Shown here: in pieces, positions 26,911 to 38,080 of the stretch
How the letters are laid out: each line of letters begins with the position of its first letter
Position numbering within the stretch: the first letter of the stretch is position 1
Assembly (NCBI GenBank): GCA_963733675.1
Contig: CAVTET010000012.1
Coordinates: 224,001 to 288,000, forward strand
Source of the DNA: an uncultured Methanosarcinaceae archaeon
GTDB lineage: Archaea > Halobacteriota > Methanosarcinia > Methanosarcinales > Methanosarcinaceae
DNA: 64,000 bases
Direction of reading: 5' to 3'
Program-made: the position numbers and the translations under genes
The notes under the pieces: model-generated
The model's database searches: none
Seen by the model: the letters and a program-made list of their open reading frames with translations, nothing else
What the model was told of the DNA's origin: nothing

Positions 26911-27061
26911 CTATAAGCCTGTTGTGGAAAAAGTAGTGTGCCGATTTTTCTGCAAAATCATAAACCTAAAGAAGTTATTGGATAGAAAATTCTAGCTGAA
27001 GGAACCGGGGAGAATAGAAACGTTAGGGATAAAAAGGCTGACATTGCGAAAGAAAAAAATA

Positions 27062-27191
27062 TACAAATATGAGTATTGTACCCGAATATTACATATATAA
27101 TAATTTGTATCATTAATCACATATAATTTTACTTGTATAATTAATTACAGATAATTTAACTTGTATTTCTATTACAAGTAAATAACTTTTA
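27062..27191. promoter_or_regulatory. Array of five palindromic TACA-N11/12-TGTA boxes, 28-bp period, upstream of satD
   Basis: Boxes start at 27062, 27090, 27118 (CACA), 27146 and 27173 (degenerate right half). Confidence 0.7.
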
Positions 27192-27236
27192 TTCTTAACT
27201 ATAAGTAAAAAAAGAAAATGATGGCGTTGTATCATT

Positions 27237-28766
27237 ATGGGAAAGAAACTGTTTGTTGTACAAGGTGATATTATAGATTCCAGAAAAATAAAATACAGGG
27301 ATGAATTTCAATCTAAATTGGAATCTGCTTGTAAGCGCATAAATAAAAACTTTGAAGAAGATATCTATGGAAATTTAAAAATAATAAAGGGTATAGATGA
27401 AATTGAAGGTGTCTTGAAGAAGATATCTAGCATTTACAAAATAATCACCATAATCCAGAAATCAATTTCTCCGCATAAGATTCGTTTTACTGTAGTATAT
27501 GGGTTTATTGATACTGCAGTGGATTCAAAGAATGTAGAAAAAATGGTTCCGTTGCAAAAATCCTTTCTAATGATACAATAGAATAAAAAGAAAACCAAAG
27601 ATAGTAGTATGCTATCTAATTCCTTTAAATGGAAGCATTATGAAGGGGAAATTATCTTATTGAATGTAAGATGGTACTTAAAATATGCATTAAGTTATAG
27701 AAATTTAAAGGAAATGATGGCAGAAAGGGGAGTAAAAGTCGACCATACAACAATCATGAGATGGGTACATCAATATTCCCCTGAAATAGAAAAGAAGATA
27801 AGAAGACATTTAAGACCAACAAATGATTCGTGGAGAGTTGATGAAACCTATATCAAAGTAAAAGGTAAATGGAAATATTTTTACCGAGCAGTTGACTCAA
27901 ATGGAGATACAATTGATTTCATGTTAAGTTCAAAACGAGATAGAAAAACAGCGAAGAGATTCTTTAAGAAAGCTTTAAGTTCTAATCATAGTCAAATTCC
28001 AAGAGTAATAACCGTTGATAAGAATCCAGCTTATCCACCTGCTATAGATAAACTAAAAATTGATAAAATACTACCTAAAAACGTAGGCATTCGACAAATC
28101 AAGTATTTGAATAACATTATAGAACAAGATCACAGATCTATAAAGAGAATCGTTAATCCAATGTTAGGATTTCAGTCTTTTCGATCTGCTAATAAGACTT
28201 TAAAAGGAATTGAAGCTATAAATATGATCAAAAAAGGACAAGTAATCGATCTAAATTACTCTGTTCTTAATGAAGTCAAATACATTAATCAATTATTTGG
28301 TATAGTTTTATAATGTTAGTACATTTTCCTTGAATGTTTTGATTTTTATTAATCACTTATAGATTTACATATTTTGTTGAAGTTTTTGCAACGGAACCGA
28401 AAAAATGGATGGCTCAGCAATGCATAAAGCAGCAGATAAAATTATGAAGTTGAAAAAATCGAGTTTTTTATTTGACATTGATACAGGGAACGCCATTATT
28501 GACCCACTCTTAAAAGGGCAGATGAATCTTTTAATTTTTTATAAGGCTAGGTGGACACCGAGAAGAAACCAAAAACAGAAAATTACACTGTACATAAAAA
28601 ACAGACTCTTGTAGCAGACGAATTGTCAATAACCCAGCAAGCTGTTTCGGATTCTCTTAGAAAAATTAACTGGGAAGAAATTAATTTAATGGAAGAGGAA
28701 TTAAATCATGTGCTTGAACTCTACAATGATTTCATCTTGAACAAAGGAGATTTAGATAGGCTTTGA
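27237..28766 (+). pseudogene. SatD-family protein with C-terminal HTH, split by IS6 and frameshifted
   Basis: VQGDIIDSRK...KGIDEIEG...VEK|MDGSAMHKA rejoins in frame across the 8-bp TSD; HTH-like KQTLVADELSITQQAVSDSL after a frameshift near 28570. Confidence 0.8.
27545..28398 (+). mobile_element. IS6-family element (copy b) with full-length 234-aa transposase (27609..28313)
   Basis: TIRs GGTTCCGTTGCAAAAA; 8-bp TSD GAAAAAAT at 27537-27544 and 28399-28406. Confidence 0.97.
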
Positions 28767-29184
28767 AAATATTTCAGACTACTATACATACTTATTGACA
28801 AGTTATTTTGCTGATCTCAATATGTTATTTACTCTGATTTTAACAAGTGGGTATGTTCTTAAGTTCATTTTGTCGTATGTTTCGACAAAAAGAAAAAACG
28901 AAGTTCAAGAAGATGTTAGCCCCGCTGATTCAAAAATTAGAGATACTGGTGTTATAGTTGGTAAATGTGAAAATTTACTTATACCAACCTTAATAATCTT
29001 GGATGCTTACACAGCTTTAGCGATTATATTCACCGCAAAAACGATCGTTAGAGCTGAAGACATGAAAAGTGAAAACACACTATATTTTTTTATAGGTACA
29101 ATAATTAATTTTACATATTCCGTCTGTATTGGGAATATTATAAAAATTATTTTATATTTTTACTTTGGCCACTGTTTGTTATAA
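28756..29184 (+). CDS. SatD-associated membrane protein (SatE/DUF3307-like C-terminal motif)
   Basis: G.IVG.CE.LLI...AL.II.TAKTIVR..D......YF.IGT..N pattern; frame open from ATA 28756 (after AGGAG), overlapping the satD stop. Confidence 0.65.
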   Translation: MGFENISDYYTYLLTSYFADLNMLFTLILTSGYVLKFILSYVSTKRKNEVQEDVSPADSKIRDTGVIVGKCENLLIPTLIILDAYTALAIIFTAKTIVRAEDMKSENTLYFFIGTIINFTYSVCIGNIIKIILYFYFGHCLL

Positions 29185-30100
29185 ATATCTAATTTAGAAT
29201 AAATGATATTCTTAATTAAGCAAAACTTATGCGATTTAGCCGAGAATCAATAGCAAAAGCATTCAAATTATTAAATTATACGCATGAGGTACAAAATCAA
29301 GTACAATCGACTCTACAGCTGAAAATAATTCTTCAGTTGAAAAGTAACCATACAAATAAATAAGCATAGATAATGAATGTGATTTTCCTGAATAACTGTT
29401 CCAAAATATCACATATATTTTGTCGCATTTAGAAAGTGATCTTAAATTACACTCGAGATAACGAAGAGCCTTATATTTAGTAATTTGATACTCCAAATCA
29501 CTTTCTCTGACAGACTAGGTTAGGTGTTTTATGAGATGATTAATTCCCCCATTTTAAGTATCCCAACCTAAAGATATAACTGACAGAATTTTTTAGCCTG
29601 TCTCAAAGCAAACAGTGTAAGTAAATGAAATTCAGTCCTTTTTAATTCGCTCATTTTAGAACATAAAGTATTATATACTGAGTCACTAAATTGTGTGATA
29701 GATGACCTAACCATATCCATGGAAAAAGCTGTTTTATTCAAATACTTCTCTAATCCCCTGTGGTCGAGCGCACCATCTCTGACCAAGGTGTCAAAAACAG
29801 ACTCATTTTAGAAATAAGCTATGATTTGGAGCATTACCCGAAAACAAAAAAGGCGTTGTTCACTTAATCCCCCAACAAAGGACTGGATATTCGTGATCAT
29901 CAGACTCTCAGGGTAACAAAATGTATCTTAACTTGACAATGTCGCGTTGTTAACAGAGTAACAAGGATTAAATCGGTTTTTATTTTATAAATAAGAACTG
30001 CTTGCAAAAACGCAGGTTAATATCATTTCAAAGAAAATAAAAGTAGTAATTAAATCAGAATAGTAATGGGAATAATACCGCAGTCAATAAAGCTTGATTT

Positions 30101-30370
30101 TCATTTTTTATCCCAGAACTCCTCAGCTTCTTCCTCCATCTCTTCCAGCCTGTCATAGTAATCCGAGAACTCATTCAAATGAGCCAAAGCGATTTTTCCT
30201 GTCATTATAGGATCATCATTAGTAACGTTTGTCCATGGGTCTCTAGTTCCGTGTTCCAACTCTATATCCATGCCCCTGCGAAATTGGTCGACGTCGAACT
30301 TATCCCATTTTATTCCCAGCTCATCCCCAACTGCCTTTGCTTCTTGTGCCGTAAATTGATTATTTATCAA
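30101..30370 (-). CDS. DUF5661-like small protein
   Basis: GMDIELEHG...TNDD...KIALAHLNEF.DYYDRL pattern. Confidence 0.75.
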   Translation of the reverse strand: MINNQFTAQEAKAVGDELGIKWDKFDVDQFRRGMDIELEHGTRDPWTNVTNDDPIMTGKIALAHLNEFSDYYDRLEEMEEEAEEFWDKK

Positions 30371-30697
30371 GCTGATCCCTTCTACCAGACATTCAATTAT
30401 TGATTAATTATTTATTTTTAATCAATATTTAATATGCATTTGTACTTAAAGATTATTCTGCACAAATACTATATATTGCAATATACTGTTGAGCTATAAA
30501 AATGGAACTTTAATATGCTAAACGATCTTTTGGGATGTTGATGAATTTGGTCATTTTCATATAAATATATAAAAATTTAAAGTATAGAATCTTGATTAAT
30601 ATTTTCTTATGCTTGTTACAGCACTTACCATTGATCACCACGGAATTTTTTCAGATATCTAAGAAAAACTCGAAATTGTAACATTGATTGATGAAGT

Positions 30698-30773
30698 GGT
30701 TCCGTTGCAAAAAATTCAAAAAAATATGTAAATCTATAAGTAATGAATAAAAATCAAAATATTAAAGGAAAAT
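30698..30773 (-). mobile_element. Isolated 76-bp IS6 right end, inverted, abutting IS6 copy c
   Basis: GGTTCCGTTGCAAAAAATTCAAAAAAATATGTAAATCTAT is the reverse complement of the IS6 right end. Confidence 0.9.
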
Positions 30774-31628
30774 GGATTCCGTTGCAAAAATCCTTTCTAA
30801 TGATACAATAGAATAAAAAGAAAACCAAAGATAGTAATATGCTATCTAATTCCTTTAAATGGAAGCATTATGAAGGAGAAATTATCCTATTGAATGTAAG
30901 ATGGTACTTAAAATATCCATTGAGCTGTAGAAATTTAAAGGAAATGATGATAGAAAGAGGAATTCAAGTTGATCACAGTACTATAATGAGATGGGTACAT
31001 CAATATTCCCCTGAAATAGAAAAGAAGATAAGAAGACATTTAAGACTAACAAACTATTCGTGGAAAGTTGATGAAACCTATATCAAAATAAAAGGTAAAT
31101 GGAAATATCTTTACCGAGCAGTTGACTCAAATGGAGATACAATTGATTTCATGTTAAGTGCAAAACGAAATCGAAATGCAGCGAAGAGATTTTTTAAGAA
31201 AGCTTTGAGTTCTAATCATAACCAAATTCCAAGAGTAATAACAGTTGATAAGAATCCAGCTTATCCACCTGCTATAGGTAAACTGAAAAATGATAAAATA
31301 CTACCTAAAAACGTAGGCATTAGACAAATCAAGTATTTGAATAACATTATAGAACAAGATCATAGATTTATAAAGCGAATCGTTAATCCAATGTTAGGAT
31401 TTCAGTCTTTCCAATCTGCTAATAAGACTTTAAAAGGAATTGAAGCTATGAATATGATCAAAAAAGGACAAGTAAATGATCTAAATTAATCTGTTCTTAA
31501 TGAAGTCAAATACATTAATCAATTGTTTGGTATAGTTTTATAATGTTAGTGCATTTTCTTTGAATATTCTGATTTTTATTCATTACCTATAGATTTACAT
31601 ATTTTTTTGAATTTTTTGCAACGGAACC
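30774..31628 (+). mobile_element. IS6-family element (copy c); transposase 30839..31489 with premature TAA
   Basis: TIRs and DDE motifs as in the other copies; no TSD. Confidence 0.95.
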
Positions 31629-31879
31629 TTTTACTATATCATCTTTCAGCTCCATATAATTTTAAACTCATCTGACCTATCTTATCCTAAATAGATCATT
31701 AAAACTTCCTTCTAGGTATATCATCCTCGCCGAACGTTCAATCCTAGAAGTTTCCGTTCAAAATTTTAAATGGACTTCTCAACTGATAATTCGGTATATA
31801 AGCTTGGGTATTTCTCAAAAAAGATAAGGCTAATATGCAACGGTACAGTATGAATAACAGATAACAGGAAGGGATTGAA

Positions 31880-32497
31880 ATATTCGATGACTTAAAAAAC
31901 AGCGTAAGAAAGCTGATAATTCCCATTGCTCTCATAATTCCTCTATCTCCAAACACACTTACCTTACTGGGTTTATTGGTAAGCATGGCTGCCGGCTTGG
32001 CTTTTGCTCTAGGAAAACTTTTTGAGGGCGGACTCCTGATTCTCTTTAGCGGAGTCCTTGATGCTTTTGATGGAGGGGTTGCGAGAGCAAAAGGCATAAT
32101 AACTCCTTTTGGAAGTGTGCTTGATTCGGTATGTGACCGTTACTCTGATGGGCTGATGTTTCTAGGGATTATAGCCGGAGCAGTAAATGGCAGGCTTGTG
32201 CTTTCCCCTATTATACAAATTGAAGGATGGCTCTGGGCAGGCTTCGCTCTTATAGGGTCTTTTCTGGTAAGTTATACCCGAGCGCGCGCTGAGTCCGAAG
32301 GCTGCAGAAAACTGTCTGTTGGAATTGCTGAACGTGCTGAAAGAATGATCATACTGGCCTTAGGCGCTCTTTCAGGTTTTCTTGGATGGGCTCTTGTGTT
32401 GATAACTGTATTTTCTCATATTACTATTATACAGCGTGTATTACGGGCAAAAAGAATACTTAATAGGCCCTCAGAACCGGGTGTTCAAAAACCATAA
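31880..32497 (+). CDS. CDP-alcohol phosphatidyltransferase (archaetidylinositol phosphate synthase-like)
   Basis: SPNTLTLLG, DAFDGGVAR...FGSVLDSVCDRYSD, VSYTRARAE, GIAERAER; coding-like frame extends upstream of TTG 31976 to ATT 31874/ATA 31880. Confidence 0.85.
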   Translation: MFDDLKNSVRKLIIPIALIIPLSPNTLTLLGLLVSMAAGLAFALGKLFEGGLLILFSGVLDAFDGGVARAKGIITPFGSVLDSVCDRYSDGLMFLGIIAGAVNGRLVLSPIIQIEGWLWAGFALIGSFLVSYTRARAESEGCRKLSVGIAERAERMIILALGALSGFLGWALVLITVFSHITIIQRVLRAKRILNRPSEPGVQKP

Positions 32498-33307
32498 CGA
32501 TACCCTATAAATATAAACGATATTCCAACACAGATTTGACAGATTTGAATTCTAAAGAATAAAGTGGAATGTGATAAAATTTAAACATAAACTGCAGGAG
32601 TATTTTTATGCTATGGAAGTGATAGAATTTCACGTTCACATATTCCTGAAATTCCATCCAAGCAGCTCTCATTAGAAGTAGTCCAGTAAATGAAAGGAAG
32701 TAATTCTTACAGACTTTCAAGATTTATCCCAAACTGAAAAACGATATTATTATAAGAGTCTATGTTGAAGTGGCAATTTTCATAGTTTAGCTATAAATGT
32801 TATATTTGACACAATAAAAAAGTATCAAAAAGCTGAAAGTAGAATTATAAATCATGTAAAAAATCATGTAAATAAAGTAACGTAGGTCAAAAAATAATCT
32901 GAAATTTTTTATTTTCGACAAACTGAGTGGACAGTTGGAAGGATGCGCCATCCTTTATTAGGGTTGGTTGCTGCACCCAATTTGAGTTCATGCTGCAACA
33001 TCTTCTATCAGTTCTCTCGAATATGCAACCAATGATCTAATATAATAAATGCAAAACTAAAATTTCTTCAAATGATACTATTTTTAGTTATAGAAAGTTT
33101 AGATAACCCCTTATTGTTTCGATTTATTTATGCATCATTTATAAGAATGGCTAAATGTTTGAGTTTGTCGAAATCTTCCCTATGCTATTTTCCAGGGATT
33201 TGTGTTTTATATTATTAAGCCAGTATAGACTGGCATCCTTATGGAATTATAGTCATGTATTCAATCGGTATCCGTACTTAATGATTAAATTTCTAGAGTG
33301 ATGGGTT

Positions 33308-34645
33308 TTGAGCGAACTTGAAAAACTGATAAACCTAGCAAAAAAAGCGGCTGAAAAGATTCAAAAATACAGGTTTGTGCGCATAATCTCACATAATGAT
33401 GCTGACGGGCTAACTTCAGCCGGGATAATGGCCCAAGCCCTTCTTAGGGCAGGTATTCGCTTCCAGATTTCGATATCTGAAAAGCTGGATGAATCTTTGA
33501 TTGAAAAAGTAAATGGAAGCATTTCACAGGGAGAACTTGTAATCTTCTGCGATATGGGAAGTGGGCAACCTGAACTTATAGCTAATGTTGTAACTGACGT
33601 TATAGTGCTTGATCATCACAATCCAGTAGGTGCATCTCATGCAGAGTCAGTGGTTAATGCTCATATTGTAGGAATTGACGGGGCTACTGACATCTCTGCT
33701 TCAGGCACCTGCTATCTGGTAGCTAGGGAACTCGGTGCAGACAATGTCGATCTTGCAGGGTTGGCTATTGCAGGGGCAGTCAGTGATAGGCAGCTTTTTA
33801 ATACGGCGAATGCTTTCATTCTTGAGGAAGCCCTAAAAGCAGGGATTGTGTCCATCCGAAAGGGACTGAAAGTAGGGGATGGAGACCTTGAAGACGTACT
33901 TGCATACAGCGTCGAACCTTTCCTTGACATCACCGGTTACCCTCAAAAAGTAAAAGAATTCCTGAAGCAGCTCGACATTTCAGGAAATATTGAAGAACTT
34001 TCTGAGGAGGCAGTCTATAGACTTGTCAATGCTATTGCACTGAAGCTCGTCAGGAAAGCTAGTCCGGAAGCTACAGAGGCTGTTATAGGAGAGGTTTTAC
34101 TTCTTAACAGGGAACTTATAAAAAATGTTTACGATTTTATATCGCTCCTCCATACATGTGGAAGACAAAATGTCTATGGATTGGCCTTGGCAATCTGTCT
34201 GAAGGATCAGGGAGTAGTCGATGAAGTACTTTCTCTCGCAAAAGAAAATAAGAAAAAAATTGCCATCGATATTAGGGAAAATGTAGAAAAAATTCGCAAA
34301 GGGGATAATATCTGGTACATCAACACTGTTGATGCACTTTCTACCGGTAACCTTGCAAGTACTATTGTCCGCTATCTTCATCCGGAACTTCCCGCGATCT
34401 GTATAAATGAATCGGAAGGTATACTGAAGGTATCTGCTAGGGGCACCCGTGAACTTGTTTCACAAGGCCTGGATCTTTCATTTGCTATAAAGGAAGCTGC
34501 ATCTAGAGTCGGTGGAAGCGGAGGTGGACATAGTGTAGCTTCTGGTGCTTCAATCCCCCTTGGGAATGCAGATAAATTCTTGAGTACTGTAGATAAAATA
34601 ATAGGATTTCAGCTCCAAAAACAAAATAAAGGTAAAACGAAATAG
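33308..34645 (+). CDS. RecJ-like DHH/DHHA1 phosphoesterase
   Basis: SHNDADG, CDMGSG, LDHH, VSARG, GGSGGGH..ASGA; upstream of pcc1. Confidence 0.92.
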   Translation: MSELEKLINLAKKAAEKIQKYRFVRIISHNDADGLTSAGIMAQALLRAGIRFQISISEKLDESLIEKVNGSISQGELVIFCDMGSGQPELIANVVTDVIVLDHHNPVGASHAESVVNAHIVGIDGATDISASGTCYLVARELGADNVDLAGLAIAGAVSDRQLFNTANAFILEEALKAGIVSIRKGLKVGDGDLEDVLAYSVEPFLDITGYPQKVKEFLKQLDISGNIEELSEEAVYRLVNAIALKLVRKASPEATEAVIGEVLLLNRELIKNVYDFISLLHTCGRQNVYGLALAICLKDQGVVDEVLSLAKENKKKIAIDIRENVEKIRKGDNIWYINTVDALSTGNLASTIVRYLHPELPAICINESEGILKVSARGTRELVSQGLDLSFAIKEAASRVGGSGGGHSVASGASIPLGNADKFLSTVDKIIGFQLQKQNKGKTK

Positions 34646-34683
34646 GGAATATAGCTAAGTTAAAAAGGATTTAAGGAATATTT

Positions 34684-34935
34684 ATGAATATCATCGGTGC
34701 AATTGAATTTCCCAATCCTGAATCAAGAAAGTCTGCAGGTAGAATACTGCAAGCTCTTTCTCCGGATAATCTCATAAGCATGGAAAGTGAGATTAGGGAT
34801 GAGAGAGTTATTGTCCGATTTCATTCCAAGAAGATAGGTTCTCTTCTTGCAACTGTTGATGATTTTTTATTGAATGTTAAAATAGGGGAGGAAATCGAAA
34901 AGACTTTGGAAAAAGAAATAAAACTTGGAACATGA
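34684..34935 (+). CDS. pcc1: KEOPS complex subunit Pcc1
   Basis: 83 aa, ALSPDN...SLLATVDDFL; typical position after the RecJ-like gene. Confidence 0.8.
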   Translation: MNIIGAIEFPNPESRKSAGRILQALSPDNLISMESEIRDERVIVRFHSKKIGSLLATVDDFLLNVKIGEEIEKTLEKEIKLGT

Positions 34936-35668
34936 AAATTCAGTCTACCAAAAATCAGTTGTTTGGTATCAATTTTGATGCAATAGGTATTTATGCTTAC
35001 TAACTAATGGAAATTAATTTTCTTACAAATGGGATCTCAACTTTCATAATATAGAATATAATGAAATTCAACTGCAATGTCGTGAATCTAGTTTTAAGAT
35101 CTCTCATCTAAAAGGCTTTACAATTTATTTACAAAGATGAAGCCAGAATACTTTTAATAAAATTGGATCTTATAGAGATAATTTAGATAAACCTATATGC
35201 ATTTTAGCATTTGGGAGTTTAAATCTCTTAAACATTAATTTTTTTCATGAAAATTCGTGCTTATTTTGCTCTGAGTAAAGAATAAAAACGTCTCCATAGA
35301 TAGTGTAGTTAAAGTTTTACAAAATCTAATTGATTCTGTGTCCTTCTCATCCACTACATAAAAATGGATGCTGAGCCAACAGTTATACTAACACAAATTC
35401 TTTCCTAATTTATGGACTTTTTAATATCTTTCTTGATCTCCAAGTTTTATCATGAATCCCACAGGCATTGACTACAATAATCAAAAAACTTTTACGGTCT
35501 CTCACATTTTCTTCTGAGAATCATGTTCATGATCACATAACTTCTGCTGGATAATTTCTCAGTAGTTTTTTTTATTTTCATGCTCTTTTCCTTTATATGG
35601 GATTCAAGTTTTAATGCCAATTGCATTCTAACAAAAGGGACTAAATTGGTTATTGATTGGTTTCGAAT

Positions 35669-35693
35669 TATATATATATATATATATATATAT
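35669..35693. repeat. (TA)n microsatellite, ~12 units
   Basis: tatatatatatatatatatatatat. Confidence 0.85.
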
Positions 35694-35850
35694 TTGTATG
35701 TGAAAATTTATGAAGTTAGATCCATATCTGGGTATAGAGGATATCTGGCATTCCTTTACCATCAAAAATCTATGTAAAAAAAGTATTTTAGAATAATTTA
35801 GTGATCCACAGGATCTGGTCCAATTTTATGTAATTTAGTTCTGTACTTAG

Positions 35851-36012
35851 TAAGTTACTACTCATTTAAGTTATTACTCAGTTAAGTTACTTTAATCAAG
35901 TTACTACTTAGTTAAGTCATTACTCAGTTAAGTTACCTTAGTTAAGTTACTACTCAGTTAAGTCATTACTCAGTTAAATTACTTTAGTCAAGTTAATACT
36001 TAGTAAAGTTAT
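35851..36012. repeat. Tandem array of TAAGTTACTACTCAGT-like units with a 16-16-14 higher-order (46-bp) period
   Basis: Ten units read directly with lengths 16,16,14,16,16,14,16,16,14,16. Confidence 0.85.
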
Positions 36013-36141
36013 ATACCTTCTTTGTACGTCTTCTTCATACATCGGGACTGACCCTATGGACCAATTAACTATATGTAAGTAAAGGTATAAAATACTAACG
36101 ATAGAATTTTTCAGGAAAAAAAATAATGGTATAGTATTTCT

Positions 36142-36997
36142 GGTTCCGTTGCAAAAAATCCTTTCTAATGATACAATAGAATAAAACGAAAACCAAAGAT
36201 AGTAATATGCTATCTAATTCCTTTAAATGAAAGCATTATGAAGGAGAAATTATCCTATTAAATGTAAGATGGTACTTAAAATATCCATTGAGCTATAGAA
36301 ATTTAAAAGGAATGATGATAGAAAGAGGAATTCAAGTTGATCACAGTACTATAATGAGATGGGTGCATCAATATTCCCCTGAAATAGAAAAGAAGATAAG
36401 AAGACATTTAAGACCAACAAATGATTCATGGAGAGTTGATGAAACCTATATCAAAGTAAAAGGTAAATGGAAATATCTTTATCGAGCAGCTGATTCCAAT
36501 GGAGATACAATTGATTTCATGTTAAGTGCAAAACGAAACCGAAAAGCAGCGAAGAGATTCTTTAAGAAGGCTTTGAGTTCTAATCATAATCAAATTCCAA
36601 GAGTAATAACCGTTGATAAGAATCCAGCTTATCCACCTGCTATGGGTAAACTAAAAATTGATAAAATACTACCTAAAAACGTAGGCATTCGACAAATCAA
36701 GTATTTGAATAACATTATAGAACAAGATCATAGATCTATAAAGCGAATCGTTAATCCAATGTTAGGATTTCAGTCTTTTCGATCTGCTAATAAGACTTTA
36801 AAAGGAATTGAAGCTATGAATATGATCAAAAAAGAACAAGTAAATGATCTAAATTACTCTGTTCTTGGTGAAGTCAAATACATTAATCAATTGTTTGGTA
36901 TAGTTTTATAATGTTAGTACATTTTCCTTTAATATTTTGATTTGTATTCATTACTTATAGATTTACATGCCTATTTTGAATTTTTTGCAACGGAACC
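36142..36997 (+). mobile_element. IS6-family element (copy d); transposase inactivated by W8->TGA
   Basis: TIRs GGTTCCGTTGCAAAAAA; ATG 36207, TGA 36228; no TSD. Confidence 0.95.
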
Positions 36998-37456
36998 AAT
37001 ATTATTATTTACAAAGCTTCGGATTTTAGATATTCATTTATACATAGTCTTTGTGATAAAATCTATGTGTAAGTGAAATCAAAAAATCCTCTTTTGTAAT
37101 GAAAGGCAGGGACGGAGAACGGTCATTTTTACAGAATTTTTAGTACACTGCCAAAATAAATCCATGATCATTTTTAGATAGTTGTTTTTAACCTTACAAT
37201 ATAGTTTTATTGGATTGTATCTGAGTCCAAACTAATTTTTTTGAGCAACTGCCTTGTAATTTAAAATGTTATTGTACTGATGGCCCTTTAAAAGTTCTGA
37301 TAAGTTCTACAAACAAAAAGAATCTCAAAGCTATTGGGATAAATTATAAAATATAATTTTTAAGTAGAAATGTTTAATTTATAACATGAAGCATTAAATC
37401 ATGTATATTTATTTAGTCATTTATTTATCATTAATTTTTAAATCAATATCAGGAGA

Positions 37457-38080
37457 TTGGATATGAACACAGCTGAATGTTATGAAGCAAGTCGATTGCA
37501 TAAATTCTTAAAGGTTTTAGTAATCACTGCGATGGTATTTTTAGTGCTAGTGGGTATCGCAGGTGCGACGAAGGATTCAGATGCTTGGAACGCCAAAGGA
37601 GTTGCTCTTGATAATTTGAATAAATCCGATAAAGCAATAAAAGCTTATGACAAAGCAATCGAAACCCACCCACGAAATGCGTCTGGTTGGTCTAATAAAA
37701 AAGATACTTTAGTTAAATTAGGCAAGTCCGGTGAAACACCGAAATGGTGGGTTAAATCGAAGAAAATTGATTCAAAAGCTTGGTACAATAAAGGAACTGA
37801 TCTATTTTACTTAGATCAATTCGATGGAGCAATAACAGCATATGACAAAGCAATTGAAATTAACCCTCAGGATTCAAATGCTTGGTACAATAAAGGCATA
37901 GCTTTAGGGAAATTAGGTAAGTTAGATGAAGCAATAAAAGCATTTGACAAAGTAATTGATATTAAACCGCATGATTCAAAAGCTTGGTACTATAAAGGAG
38001 TTGCTTTCAGCGCATTAGGCAAGTCCAATGAAGCACAAAAAGCTTGGACCAAAGCAAAAGAAATTAATTCAAAAGCTTGA
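37457..38080 (+). CDS. Secreted/anchored TPR-repeat protein, probably C-terminally truncated
   Basis: Hydrophobic N-terminus; AWYNKG..L..L...DEAIKA.DKAIEINP repeats; TPR sequence continues past the TGA (KA*YNKG). Confidence 0.85.
   Translation: MDMNTAECYEASRLHKFLKVLVITAMVFLVLVGIAGATKDSDAWNAKGVALDNLNKSDKAIKAYDKAIETHPRNASGWSNKKDTLVKLGKSGETPKWWVKSKKIDSKAWYNKGTDLFYLDQFDGAITAYDKAIEINPQDSNAWYNKGIALGKLGKLDEAIKAFDKVIDIKPHDSKAWYYKGVAFSALGKSNEAQKAWTKAKEINSKA

Noticed and set aside
27062-27191. 28-bp periodic array as a mini-CRISPR
   Set aside because: The period is too short and the boxes are degenerate palindromes in promoter position; an operator array fits better.
29263-29945. Short ORFs and a possible IS4-like end (TTAACTTGACAATGTCG)
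   Set aside because: No recognisable motifs or partner inverted repeat; probably degraded sequence that cannot be assigned.
35851-36012. Repeat array as CRISPR
   Set aside because: Units are contiguous 14-16-mers with no unique spacers, and there are no cas genes.
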